DNA of 64,000 nucleotides, from assembly GCA_041687695.1 (NCBI GenBank), contig JAWLBL010000019.1, positions 110,685 to 174,684 on the forward strand, read 5' to 3'. This stretch comes from Myxococcota bacterium (lineage in GTDB: Bacteria > Myxococcota_A > UBA9042 > PHBI01 > JAWLBL01). This document shows, piece by piece, positions 8,898-17,653 of this stretch (position 1 is the first letter of the stretch; each line of letters starts with the position of its first letter). The notes beneath the pieces are model-generated. The model made no database searches and was not told the origin of the DNA. It worked only from the letters and a program-made list of their open reading frames with translations. A program made the position numbers and the translations under genes.

Positions 8898-10391
8898 GTG
8901 GGGTCGGGAAGACCCTGGTTGGCGCAGCGGAGACGAAAGCGAGCGGACCTTCGGCATTTCAACGCCGACACGCTCCAGTGCGACTTCGTCCGGATCTTCT
9001 GGGGCGACAAGGCCGAGAAGGCGCGTCAGCAGGTCCGCTTCGTGGTCGCGAGCGGGCGCCGGTACCAGCTTGCGTTGTGCGGGCGCGGGTTCGGGAAGAG
9101 CTGGTGTCTGGCGCTGAAGTGTCTCTGGCTCGCGCTGATCAACCCGGGCGTCGACGGCGCCATCCTCGGCCGGACCTATCAGGAGGCGAAGTCCGGGCCG
9201 CTCCTGACCAACCTGCTCGCGCACCTTGAGACGTTCGCGCAGGTGACGGGAATCGACCTCGTCGCCTCGTTCAACAAGGGCGAGAAGTGCCTGACCCTCA
9301 CCAACGGGTCTCGAATCCACATCCGTGGGTTCGAGACGATGGCAAAGCTCCGCTCGCTGTCGCTGGGGTGGGCGGTGGCCGACGAGCTCGACTGGAGCCA
9401 GTCGGTTGCGGCCGACGTATTCGACTCGCTCCAGAAGCTGATTCGCGAGCCCTGCCCGATGCCCTGCCTGGCCCTCGGGACCTCCCCGGCCGGGATCTCT
9501 GGCATCGGCGGCCTGTTCCTCTCGCGCCTTAACGGGAATGACCCGGTCGAGGCAGCGCGCTACTTCGTGATCACCGGGACCGCCGAGGACAACCCGCACC
9601 TGGCCGGGACCGACTACCTCGACACGATCCGACGCGGCAGCTCCAAGCGGAGCTGGATGCAAGAGGGCCTGGGGCAGGTCCTGACCGCGTCCGAGGCCGT
9701 CTTCCCCGAGTTCGACTTGGCGAAGCACCGCATCCCGTGGACCTGGGACAAGTCGCTGGACTACCTGGTCGGGGTCGACTGGGGGACCTCGGCCGCGTCG
9801 GCGCTCTTCGTCCAGGTGCAGAAGGACGGGACGTGGATCGTGGCCGACGAGATTCGGGCGGTCGAGGGCTCGTATCAGCAGTTCCGTGACGCGCTGAGCC
9901 GCAAGGTCCGGTCCATCGGGTACCTCCCGAGCTTGCTGGCGGCGGACAAGGCCGTGAAGTCGGAGAACGCCTGGGCGCGCGAGCACTTCACCGCGAAGTG
10001 CTGGGTGGCGACGCTGGACGGCGGTGCCGAGCAAGAGCTGGTCTACGGGCTCGAGTGCCTGCGGGCGCTGCTTGACCCAGCAGCGGACGACGAGCCGCCG
10101 CGTCTCCTGTTCGCCGACTCCCTGGCCTACGACCCGCATGATCCGAACCCCGGAATCGTGGGCTCCCTCCTGTCCTACTCGTACATGAGGGGGCGGAATG
10201 GGGTGCTGACGAACATCCCGATCAAGTCAGCGACCGACCCGTACAAGCACGCGGTTGACGCGCTCCGTTACCCGATCGTCGCGACGGCGAAGAAGCCTCA
10301 GTTCCACGGCGGACGCGCGCTGCCCTTTGCGGCGGCGGCGTCCCGTATCGACTTCAAGGCGTCCTACGAGCCCAAGGAGTTCGCTGCATGA
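8898..10391 (+). CDS. terL: Terminase large subunit
   Basis: Walker A CGRGFGKS, Walker B WAVADE, nuclease GVDWG and HAVDALRY motifs; exact start uncertain. Confidence 0.9.
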   Translation: MGSGRPWLAQRRRKRADLRHFNADTLQCDFVRIFWGDKAEKARQQVRFVVASGRRYQLALCGRGFGKSWCLALKCLWLALINPGVDGAILGRTYQEAKSGPLLTNLLAHLETFAQVTGIDLVASFNKGEKCLTLTNGSRIHIRGFETMAKLRSLSLGWAVADELDWSQSVAADVFDSLQKLIREPCPMPCLALGTSPAGISGIGGLFLSRLNGNDPVEAARYFVITGTAEDNPHLAGTDYLDTIRRGSSKRSWMQEGLGQVLTASEAVFPEFDLAKHRIPWTWDKSLDYLVGVDWGTSAASALFVQVQKDGTWIVADEIRAVEGSYQQFRDALSRKVRSIGYLPSLLAADKAVKSENAWAREHFTAKCWVATLDGGAEQELVYGLECLRALLDPAADDEPPRLLFADSLAYDPHDPNPGIVGSLLSYSYMRGRNGVLTNIPIKSATDPYKHAVDALRYPIVATAKKPQFHGGRALPFAAAASRIDFKASYEPKEFAA

Positions 10392-11866
10392 ACCTCATCG
10401 GCAACCTGTTCCGGCGCCTGACGAGGGTCCGCCGCTACGAGATCGATTCCCGCGACCGGGGGGCGCACCGGTCCAACAGCCTCCGTCTCGAGGCGTTCAG
10501 GGCCGGCGACTTCGCGACCGCCATGGATGGCGTTTTGGAGGCCATCTTCAGCGACACGGACGGGCTGCAGCCGAGGTACGCGCCGCTGATCCAGCGCATC
10601 GCGTCCGACGGGGCGAGTCAGTACGTGCGTGCGCCGCGCCGGCGGTTCGACGGGGTGTCGCCGACGCAGGCTGAGAAGCTGGCGAGCGTGTACCGCGCTT
10701 CGCGGGTCGACCGCGTCCTGTTGAAGGGGCAGCAGAAGAGCGTCCCGCAGAACGCCGTGCTCATCACGGCGGACCCGACGCCCGACTTGGACCGCCTGCA
10801 GCTCCAGTCGTGGGTGCCCGGCGAGGTGCTCGACATCGTGATGCCGAACGCGCTCGAGACCGACATCCGTCGGGCTGTTCGGGTGGAACTCGAGTGCCCG
10901 GTCGCGAAGGATGCGAAGGGCAACCTGGTGATCGGGAAGCGGGTCTACACGCCCACGGAGGCCTACACGGAGCATCCGAGCGGGGAGGGGGAGCCGCTTC
11001 GGGTCGGCATCTTCCGGCCCGACCTGACCCACCCGTTCAGGTCCGTCCCGATCGTGTTGGTGCGGCTGGAGGAACCGCGTCGCGGTGAAGTCCTGCCGGC
11101 GTTGCGTCTGGACCTGTTGGCGTTGAACGAAGCCTTGTGCGCGGCGCTGTCGGATCAAGAGTTCATCGCTCGGACCCAGTCGGCGGGCGAGCGCATCCTG
11201 ACCGGGCCGGGCGCCATGCAGGCGGTGACAGCGCTCTATGACGCGCAGAACAACCCCGAGCTGGCCGATGTGGGGAGCGCGTTGGCCGCCGACGCCATCA
11301 AGGCGTTTGACGGCGAGGACCTCGAATACAAGGTGGTCAACTCGAACCCGGACCTCGAGGGCTACCGAACCACGGTCGGTTCGATGGTGGAGCTGGTCGC
11401 CCGGTACGGGTACGCGCAGCCCGAGGGGTTGCTCGGCAGCACTGGCATCACGGGCGCGGCGAAGGAGGCCGAACGTCTCGAGGTGGTCGAACACCAGCGC
11501 CGGATGGAGGGGATCTGGCGCGACGCCGAACAGGACCTCCTGACGCTGATCGTCCAGGTGCTGAACGCGGGGCAGGTGGCGTTGCGGCTGCCCGAGTCCG
11601 CGACCGTGGAGGTGGATCACCTGTATGTGGCCCCGAGGGCGAACGACCTGCAGACCGCGCAGGCCCGAGAGATCGATCACGCGCGCGGCCACTCGTCGGA
11701 GATCGAAGACGTGGCGCGCGCCGAGGGCCTGACGCTGGAAGAGGCCGAGCGGCTCATTCGGTGGCGGCTGCAGAAGCGGCGGGAGCTACTCGAGCTTGCG
11801 GGTCCGCAGACCCCGCAGGGGCTGAACCGCGTGGCCGACCTGAGCGCGAAACAGCTGCCCGGGTAG
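10388..11866 (+). CDS. Portal protein
   Basis: 492 aa directly after terL with ATGA overlap. Confidence 0.7.
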   Translation: MNLIGNLFRRLTRVRRYEIDSRDRGAHRSNSLRLEAFRAGDFATAMDGVLEAIFSDTDGLQPRYAPLIQRIASDGASQYVRAPRRRFDGVSPTQAEKLASVYRASRVDRVLLKGQQKSVPQNAVLITADPTPDLDRLQLQSWVPGEVLDIVMPNALETDIRRAVRVELECPVAKDAKGNLVIGKRVYTPTEAYTEHPSGEGEPLRVGIFRPDLTHPFRSVPIVLVRLEEPRRGEVLPALRLDLLALNEALCAALSDQEFIARTQSAGERILTGPGAMQAVTALYDAQNNPELADVGSALAADAIKAFDGEDLEYKVVNSNPDLEGYRTTVGSMVELVARYGYAQPEGLLGSTGITGAAKEAERLEVVEHQRRMEGIWRDAEQDLLTLIVQVLNAGQVALRLPESATVEVDHLYVAPRANDLQTAQAREIDHARGHSSEIEDVARAEGLTLEEAERLIRWRLQKRRELLELAGPQTPQGLNRVADLSAKQLPG

Positions 11867-11914
11867 CGGCACCGATCCTATCGGACCACCCATGGTGAAC
11901 CGGTGGAGGGTCTC

Positions 11915-12460
11915 ATGTCAGGAGCCAACCAGAACACGAACACGGCGCCCGCTCAGCAGGGCGGGGCCGACCAGTCAGGGAGCCCGGGGGCGGGGTCGGG
12001 CGCGTCTCACCAGACCCCACCGGCGTCCGAGCCCCACGTCCAGCCCCCGGGCTCGCCTGCCTCGGCCGAGAAGCCGAAGCAGGAGACCAAGCCCAAGGAC
12101 GGTGGGGAGGCGCCCGCGAAGGGCGATGGCGCCGAGGCGGCGACGGCGCAGCCGCAGGGCGACGACGAGACGGCGAAGCGGCTGGCCGCGTTGGAGGCGG
12201 CCAACCAGGAACAGGCCAAGACGCTGGAAGCGGCGAAGCAGGCGATGCGGGACACGGTGCTCGAGGGGCTGGGCATCCTCCCGACGTATCGGAGCTTCGT
12301 CCCCGAGTTCGACCCCTTCAGCGAGAAGGGGAAGCGGGCGGCGGAGGAGTGGGCGGGCAAGCACCCCGAGGTGCGCCGGCCTCAGCAGAACCAGGCGCCG
12401 GCTCGGAAGGAGCGCGACCCGGCGAAGGCCAAGAACAAGCTCTTCGGACGCAGAGGCTGA
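11915..12460 (+). CDS. Putative capsid scaffolding protein
   Basis: Low-complexity N-terminus plus coiled coil, between portal and capsid. Confidence 0.55.
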   Translation: MSGANQNTNTAPAQQGGADQSGSPGAGSGASHQTPPASEPHVQPPGSPASAEKPKQETKPKDGGEAPAKGDGAEAATAQPQGDDETAKRLAALEAANQEQAKTLEAAKQAMRDTVLEGLGILPTYRSFVPEFDPFSEKGKRAAEEWAGKHPEVRRPQQNQAPARKERDPAKAKNKLFGRRG

Positions 12461-12462
12461 CG

Positions 12463-12828
12463 ATGGCGGACGTGAAGCAGGACAAGGCGGCGAAGGCCGA
12501 GATGGCGCCGTCGGAGCGCACCAAGCGGTGGATCGAGTCGCGGAAGAAGGGGAGCGTGGCCGACGTGCTCGGCACGACCCCGGGATACCGCTACTACGTG
12601 GTCGACCCGAACGGTCGCAAGCCGGGGCCGCTGACCGCGCTCCGCTCGCGCCTGTACGAGAAGGGCTACGAGCTGTGCTCCAAGGTGGGGGACACCGCCT
12701 ACTCGCCGACGGTGCCGGGCGGGGAGGTCTGGCGCATCTCCGAGGCCGACTACAAGGCGCTGTTCGCGGACCGGAAGGACCGTGACGACGCCGCGCGACG
12801 CGCCGCCGAGGCGCCGACCGAAGCCTGA
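12463..12828 (+). CDS. Phage hypothetical protein
   Basis: ORF with GAGG RBS within the head module. Confidence 0.55.
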   Translation: MADVKQDKAAKAEMAPSERTKRWIESRKKGSVADVLGTTPGYRYYVVDPNGRKPGPLTALRSRLYEKGYELCSKVGDTAYSPTVPGGEVWRISEADYKALFADRKDRDDAARRAAEAPTEA

Positions 12829-12902
12829 CCCGAAGGGGTCGCTCCCTCTGGACGGGGAGTCGTCGAGAACCAGGTGGGGTCATTCGTTAGGAGTGACCCA
12901 AA

Positions 12903-13787
12903 GTGCCGACCAACAACGATTTCTCGCACCTCCTGGAGACCGTCGTCGAGATGGTGGAGGACGGACTCGACGCAACTCGCCTCGAGTTCGAGGACATCTG
13001 CCAGATCAAGACGGTCGACTCCCCGACCCTGCAGCTCTCGGACCTCTACGGCGTCGGGCACTACTCGACGACCGTCGCCAGCCCGAACGCCGACGCGATG
13101 TCGTCGTCGAGCAAGGTCCTGTCGAGCGTGTCCCGCGAGAAGAAGCTGATCTTCTTCCGCAAGGACGTGCGCGACCGTCCGGACCTGCCGCAGCACCTGG
13201 CGAAGCAGGTGATCCAGGCGGCGACGAGCACGGTCCGCAACCTGTTCTGGGCGGGCTTCGCCGGTCTCCCGACGCTGGCCCACCCCGACGAGGCCTACGC
13301 GGGCGCGGGCAAGTACTTCGTCGACTCGTTCAGCGAGACGGTCACGCAGTCGAACAAGCTCACCGTGAGCCTGTCGGCGGACAGCCTCGCGCTCGCGCGG
13401 ACGCGCCTCCGCGCCTACAAGAACAAGAAGGGCCTGCCGCTCTCGCTGGACGTGTCGTCCAGCAACCTGGCGCTGGTCGTCCCGTCGACGATGCTGACGG
13501 AGGCGATGGACCTGGTCGCGGTGCGCGAGCCGACCTACGACGGCACCGGGCTGACCACCGGCACCTTCCACGGGATGCAGGTGATCGACTCGCCGTACCT
13601 GTCGGACAGCGACGACTTCGGCGTGATCCACAAGCCGACGACCCCGCTGATCATGTGGATGCGGAAGGCGCCCGACCTGCGGATCGAGCCGATCCCGGGC
13701 ACCAACACCGTCTCGCTCATCAGCGAGATGGAGTGCGTGTTCGGCGTCGACCCGTTCGAGGCCGGCATCGTCATGTCCGTGGTCTGA
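12903..13787 (+). CDS. Major capsid protein (HK97 fold, Mu gpT-like)
   Basis: Size and position; LVVP and VIDSPYL motifs; strong codon bias; AGGAG RBS. Confidence 0.7.
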   Translation: MPTNNDFSHLLETVVEMVEDGLDATRLEFEDICQIKTVDSPTLQLSDLYGVGHYSTTVASPNADAMSSSSKVLSSVSREKKLIFFRKDVRDRPDLPQHLAKQVIQAATSTVRNLFWAGFAGLPTLAHPDEAYAGAGKYFVDSFSETVTQSNKLTVSLSADSLALARTRLRAYKNKKGLPLSLDVSSSNLALVVPSTMLTEAMDLVAVREPTYDGTGLTTGTFHGMQVIDSPYLSDSDDFGVIHKPTTPLIMWMRKAPDLRIEPIPGTNTVSLISEMECVFGVDPFEAGIVMSVV

Positions 13788-13808
13788 GCGAGCGCAGGGG
13801 CGGCCACG

Positions 13809-14381
13809 GTGATCGGGATACACTACAGCTGGGCCAAGTCCATCACGGACGACGAGCGCCGGTTCACGATCCCGCTCTCCGTGGCCACGTCCTGGCTCGC
13901 GAAGTCCATCCGGGCGCGCGTGTCCAACCGGGGCGAGACGGCCGACGGCGGCCAGTTCTCGCCCCTGGTTGCTCGCAGCCGGACCAAGCCGACCCGGAAG
14001 GTCCGGCGGTTCTACAAGTCGGGCGAGCTGTGGCGGAGCCTGCACGTTCACGCCACGCAGCCCGGCCGCGTTCGGGTCATGTTCCGGGGGAAGCGGACCC
14101 AGCGCGGGAAGTCGGCGCTGACGAACCCTCAGCTCGCCTGGTTGCTGCAGCGGCCGGAGCGAGCCGAGCTACTGGCCCCCAGCCGGCGCGAGGAAGCGCA
14201 GTTCGTTGAGCACCTGGCGACCCTGGCGCCGGGCCAGTGGCTGGACCGGACGGCGAAGATGGCCGGGGACTTCCGGCAGCGGCAGCAAGATGACCGGGCC
14301 GCTCGGGCGGTCGCGAAGGCGCAGAAGCTGCGGGCGCAGCTGCGGGCGCTCGGGGTGGAGATCGTAGGGGAGGCGGCGTGA
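13809..14381 (+). CDS. Putative virion morphogenesis / tail completion protein
   Basis: Basic protein with DGGQFSPL...K...YKSGELWRSL motif. Confidence 0.5.
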   Translation: MIGIHYSWAKSITDDERRFTIPLSVATSWLAKSIRARVSNRGETADGGQFSPLVARSRTKPTRKVRRFYKSGELWRSLHVHATQPGRVRVMFRGKRTQRGKSALTNPQLAWLLQRPERAELLAPSRREEAQFVEHLATLAPGQWLDRTAKMAGDFRQRQQDDRAARAVAKAQKLRAQLRALGVEIVGEAA

Positions 14382-15271
14382 TGGCGGTGGAGCTGCTTCA
14401 GTCGCGAGACTGCCCGGTCAGCTACGTGCCGACGGTCCGCCCGGCTTCGGCCGAGCTCGTCCTGGTCGACGACTCCGGCGCGGAGGTCGCCAGCCCGGCC
14501 GTCACCGTCGACGCGATCGGGGCTGGGGGGACCGCCACGATCGCCAGCCTGACCAACCAGGCGACGTTCGAGGTCGACGACGCCACGAACATCCGGCCGG
14601 GTCAGCGGCTCTGGCTGCAGCCTCAGAGCGGGTCCGGGAGCGTGGTGAAGGTGTCGACGGTCAGCGGAACGACCGTCACTGTGGACGGGGCGCCGGCCGC
14701 GACGGTCCTCGAGGGGGACACGCTGCACGGAGCGACGCTCCGCGCGACCGTCTCCGCTTCCGCGCTGGGGATGCGGGGCCTGCACTGGTCGCTTCGGTGG
14801 ACGATCACGGACGCGGACGGACGGGTTACGGTTGAGCAAGAGACCGCGCACGTCGTCCGCCAGCGGTTCCGCGACGCCTGCACGCCCGACGAGGTGTCGC
14901 GCTACGTGGGGCAGCTCTTCCCGGGGATGACGAGGGGCAGGGACGCCGGGTGGTACGCCGACCTGGCCGAGCGCGCGTCAGACCGGGTGCGTCGCTTGCT
15001 GCAGGCGAAGGGGTGCTACCCGCACCTGGCGGGCGACCCGCTGGCGTTCCGTGAGGCGGGGCGCCTGGCGCTGTTGGCGGAGCTGGCGCTGCAGGGGCAG
15101 CGGGCGCCGGGGTACCAAGGGGTCGCGCTCGAGGACATCGACAAGGCGGCGCGGCGCGCGGTCTACGAGGCGGCTGACGGGCTCCAGTGGCACGACCGCA
15201 ACGACGACGGGGCGGTCCAGGCGTCGGAGGTCGCGAAGCCGGTGGCCCGGGTGGTGAGGCTGCGACGATGA
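14378..15271 (+). CDS. Putative head-tail adaptor
   Basis: Position and overlap coupling. Confidence 0.45.
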   Translation: MMAVELLQSRDCPVSYVPTVRPASAELVLVDDSGAEVASPAVTVDAIGAGGTATIASLTNQATFEVDDATNIRPGQRLWLQPQSGSGSVVKVSTVSGTTVTVDGAPAATVLEGDTLHGATLRATVSASALGMRGLHWSLRWTITDADGRVTVEQETAHVVRQRFRDACTPDEVSRYVGQLFPGMTRGRDAGWYADLAERASDRVRRLLQAKGCYPHLAGDPLAFREAGRLALLAELALQGQRAPGYQGVALEDIDKAARRAVYEAADGLQWHDRNDDGAVQASEVAKPVARVVRLRR

Positions 15272-15696
15272 GGGCGAGCGAAGTACGCCGGGCGATCATC
15301 GCGGCCGTGGAGGCGATCCAGCCCGATCACCGCGCGACACCGGCTGACGTGTTTCGTCACGTCGACCTGGGGCAGATCACCGCCGGGGTGTCGCTCCCGG
15401 ACCGGTCGTTCTACGTGGCCCTCGAGTCGCCGCCGCGCGACATGGCGGACATGACGGACAACCTGTTCCAGGTCGGCTACTCGGTTCAGGTGTTCTACGC
15501 GGCGTCGCCGACGATCGATGACCGAATCGGGGCCGACGTGGAGAAGCTGATCTGGGCGCTGCCTCAGATCCCGGCCGGCCACAACGAGGTGGCGTCGGCA
15601 TCGGTCCTATCGACCTCGGTTGGTGAGGACGAAGGCGGGATCGATGTCGTCGTCTTGGTCGAGGTGACGTACCGGCTGGACGACCTGTCGGCCTGA
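15268..15696 (+). CDS. Putative tail terminator
   Basis: ~142 aa acidic protein preceding the tail tube; begins RASEVRRAII. Confidence 0.5.
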   Translation: MRASEVRRAIIAAVEAIQPDHRATPADVFRHVDLGQITAGVSLPDRSFYVALESPPRDMADMTDNLFQVGYSVQVFYAASPTIDDRIGADVEKLIWALPQIPAGHNEVASASVLSTSVGEDEGGIDVVVLVEVTYRLDDLSA

Positions 15697-15747
15697 GCCC
15701 CTTGGACGGGGGCGCGAAGAACACGGTGGGGTCAGGAGTGACCCCGG

Positions 15748-16956
15748 ATGGCTTACTCGCAGACACGGATCGGCAGGGCTCGGATTCGCCCGCAGACCGA
15801 TTGGGGCTTCGACAACGCGGTGGCTGCGGGGTCGTTCGTCGCCGGGGACACGCTCGGCTGCGAGGTCTGGGTCCCCCAGCTGGTCGAGGAGGCGCTGCGG
15901 TCGGAGACCTTCAGGGGCGCGTTCCACGCCCACCGGGTCGTCGGCGGCTCGCGCAAGGGCGTGCAGATCACCGTCTCCATGCCGGCGCACGGGCTGTCCA
16001 GCTCGGCCCCGTCGGGTGAGCCGACCCGCACGCCGGACATCCTGCTGTTCGAGTCCGCCCTGGGGTTCGGGGCGGCGACGACGGCCGGGTTCGACGCCAC
16101 CAACCTGGTCGGCGGGACCGCTGCGAGCGTTCAGTGGACGGACGCCACCGGGCTGAACCCCGGTCAGGCGCTCCTGATCCCGCTCGCGTCGGGCCACTCG
16201 TTCGGGTGGCTGCAGACGATCACCCCGGGGACGCCGGAAGAGCTCGTCCTGGTGACGGAGCTGTCGGGGGCTCCGGCGGCGAGCGGTCAGGTGTTTGGGT
16301 CCTACGGGGTCGCGCTGTCGACGGCGCAGTCGGCGCCGCTGAGCCTGCTGTGGGTGGGCTCGCGCGGTGAGCAGATCCGCCTGTACGACGGCGCGGTGAG
16401 CCAAGCGCAGCTGACCCGGGAGCCGTCGGGGCGGCTGATGATCTCGGCGACGCTCCAGTTCGGCGGCTGGATCGTCGACGCCGGTTCCGGGACCGCGCCC
16501 GGCCAGTATGCGTTCGGGCTCCCCGACCTGCCGGCGGCGATCGGGCGCAACGGGGCGCGCGTCATGGTGGACGGGGCGGCAATCCCGCTCTCGAGCTTCG
16601 AGCTGAGCATCACCAACACGCTCGCCGAGGCCCCGGACATCGGCGCCCGTGAGGGCCTGGGCGCCTACGTGACGACGGACCGCGCGGTCCAGCTGACGGT
16701 GACGGGGCGCCAGCCCGACGTGTCGGCGCTCAGGAGCCCCGGTGACGAGCTCGGGACGGTCCAGGTCGACTGCGGGAACACGCCCGGCAAGGCGCTGAGC
16801 CTGCTGATGCCGGCGGCGGTCGTTCAGGAGTTCGAGCCGCTGCAGGACAGCGAGGGGGTCGTCGGCAACCAGCTGACGCTGGCCCCGGGCAACTACACGG
16901 GCGACGGCAGTTCGACCGAGCCCGGCAACACCGTCTTCCGCATGGCGTGGAGCTGA
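15748..16956 (+). CDS. Major tail (tube) protein
   Basis: SFELSITNTL motif; position before chaperones and tape measure. Confidence 0.65.
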   Translation: MAYSQTRIGRARIRPQTDWGFDNAVAAGSFVAGDTLGCEVWVPQLVEEALRSETFRGAFHAHRVVGGSRKGVQITVSMPAHGLSSSAPSGEPTRTPDILLFESALGFGAATTAGFDATNLVGGTAASVQWTDATGLNPGQALLIPLASGHSFGWLQTITPGTPEELVLVTELSGAPAASGQVFGSYGVALSTAQSAPLSLLWVGSRGEQIRLYDGAVSQAQLTREPSGRLMISATLQFGGWIVDAGSGTAPGQYAFGLPDLPAAIGRNGARVMVDGAAIPLSSFELSITNTLAEAPDIGAREGLGAYVTTDRAVQLTVTGRQPDVSALRSPGDELGTVQVDCGNTPGKALSLLMPAAVVQEFEPLQDSEGVVGNQLTLAPGNYTGDGSSTEPGNTVFRMAWS

Positions 16957-16957
16957 C

Positions 16958-17431
16958 ATGGCGATCCAGCTGATCCGTAAGACCGACACGGTGGCCCTGG
17001 TCTGCACGGCGGACGAATCGGTCACCCTCCCCGAGGGCGCCTCGCGCGAGCCGGTCCAGTGGGTGGAGGCGGACAAGTTCCCCCACGGGGCCGACGCGAC
17101 CGTGGTCACCATCCGTCCGCTCGTTCACCTCGAGGTCCACGGCCTCGCCGGGAGGGACTTCCAGGAACAGTGCCACCTGGCGGTGAGGGCCGGGCTGGTG
17201 AGCCTGTCGGGGGTGGAGACGCGCGACGAGGCGGTCGACGCTATCCCGTACAAGCTCGCCCCCTCGCTGGGGGCGGCGATCCTCTCCTACACGTTCGGGG
17301 CCGTCGACCCTTTCGGCCTGGTCGCGCCCGAACGGCGGTCTGGCTCGACCAGCTCCGGGCGCAAGGCCTCGCCGAGTGCGTCGACCAAGGGTGCTCGCCC
17401 GAGTGCGACACGAAAGAGGGTTGGTGGCTAG
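16958..17431 (+). CDS. Tail assembly chaperone (gpG-like)
   Basis: Between tail tube and tape measure; contains slippery C CCT TTC at 17308-17314. Confidence 0.65.
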   Translation: MAIQLIRKTDTVALVCTADESVTLPEGASREPVQWVEADKFPHGADATVVTIRPLVHLEVHGLAGRDFQEQCHLAVRAGLVSLSGVETRDEAVDAIPYKLAPSLGAAILSYTFGAVDPFGLVAPERRSGSTSSGRKASPSASTKGARPSATRKRVGG

Positions 17432-17649
17432 GCCGCGAGTGGACCTGCTGCCCGATCCGGGACCTGACCAGCGACCGTCACCTGATGGTCGCGCTGGACC
17501 TGGACGGGCTGGCTGGTCAGGGGCTCATCCGGCTGGACGCCGGGGAGTACGCGAGCTGGGTGATCGATGCGGTGCGGCTGATCCGCGCGAAGAGGGCTGA
17601 CCGGGAGCGACACGAGCGCGAGCGGCTGAAGCGACAGGCGAGGGGGTGA
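17308..17649 (+). CDS. Tail assembly chaperone -1 frameshift extension (gpGT-like)
   Basis: The -1 frame is open from the slippery site to 17649, ending just before the tape measure gene. Confidence 0.6.
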   Translation, partial: PFRPGRARTAVWLDQLRAQGLAECVDQGCSPECDTKEGWWLGREWTCCPIRDLTSDRHLMVALDLDGLAGQGLIRLDAGEYASWVIDAVRLIRAKRADRERHERERLKRQARG

Positions 17650-17653
17650 CGAC

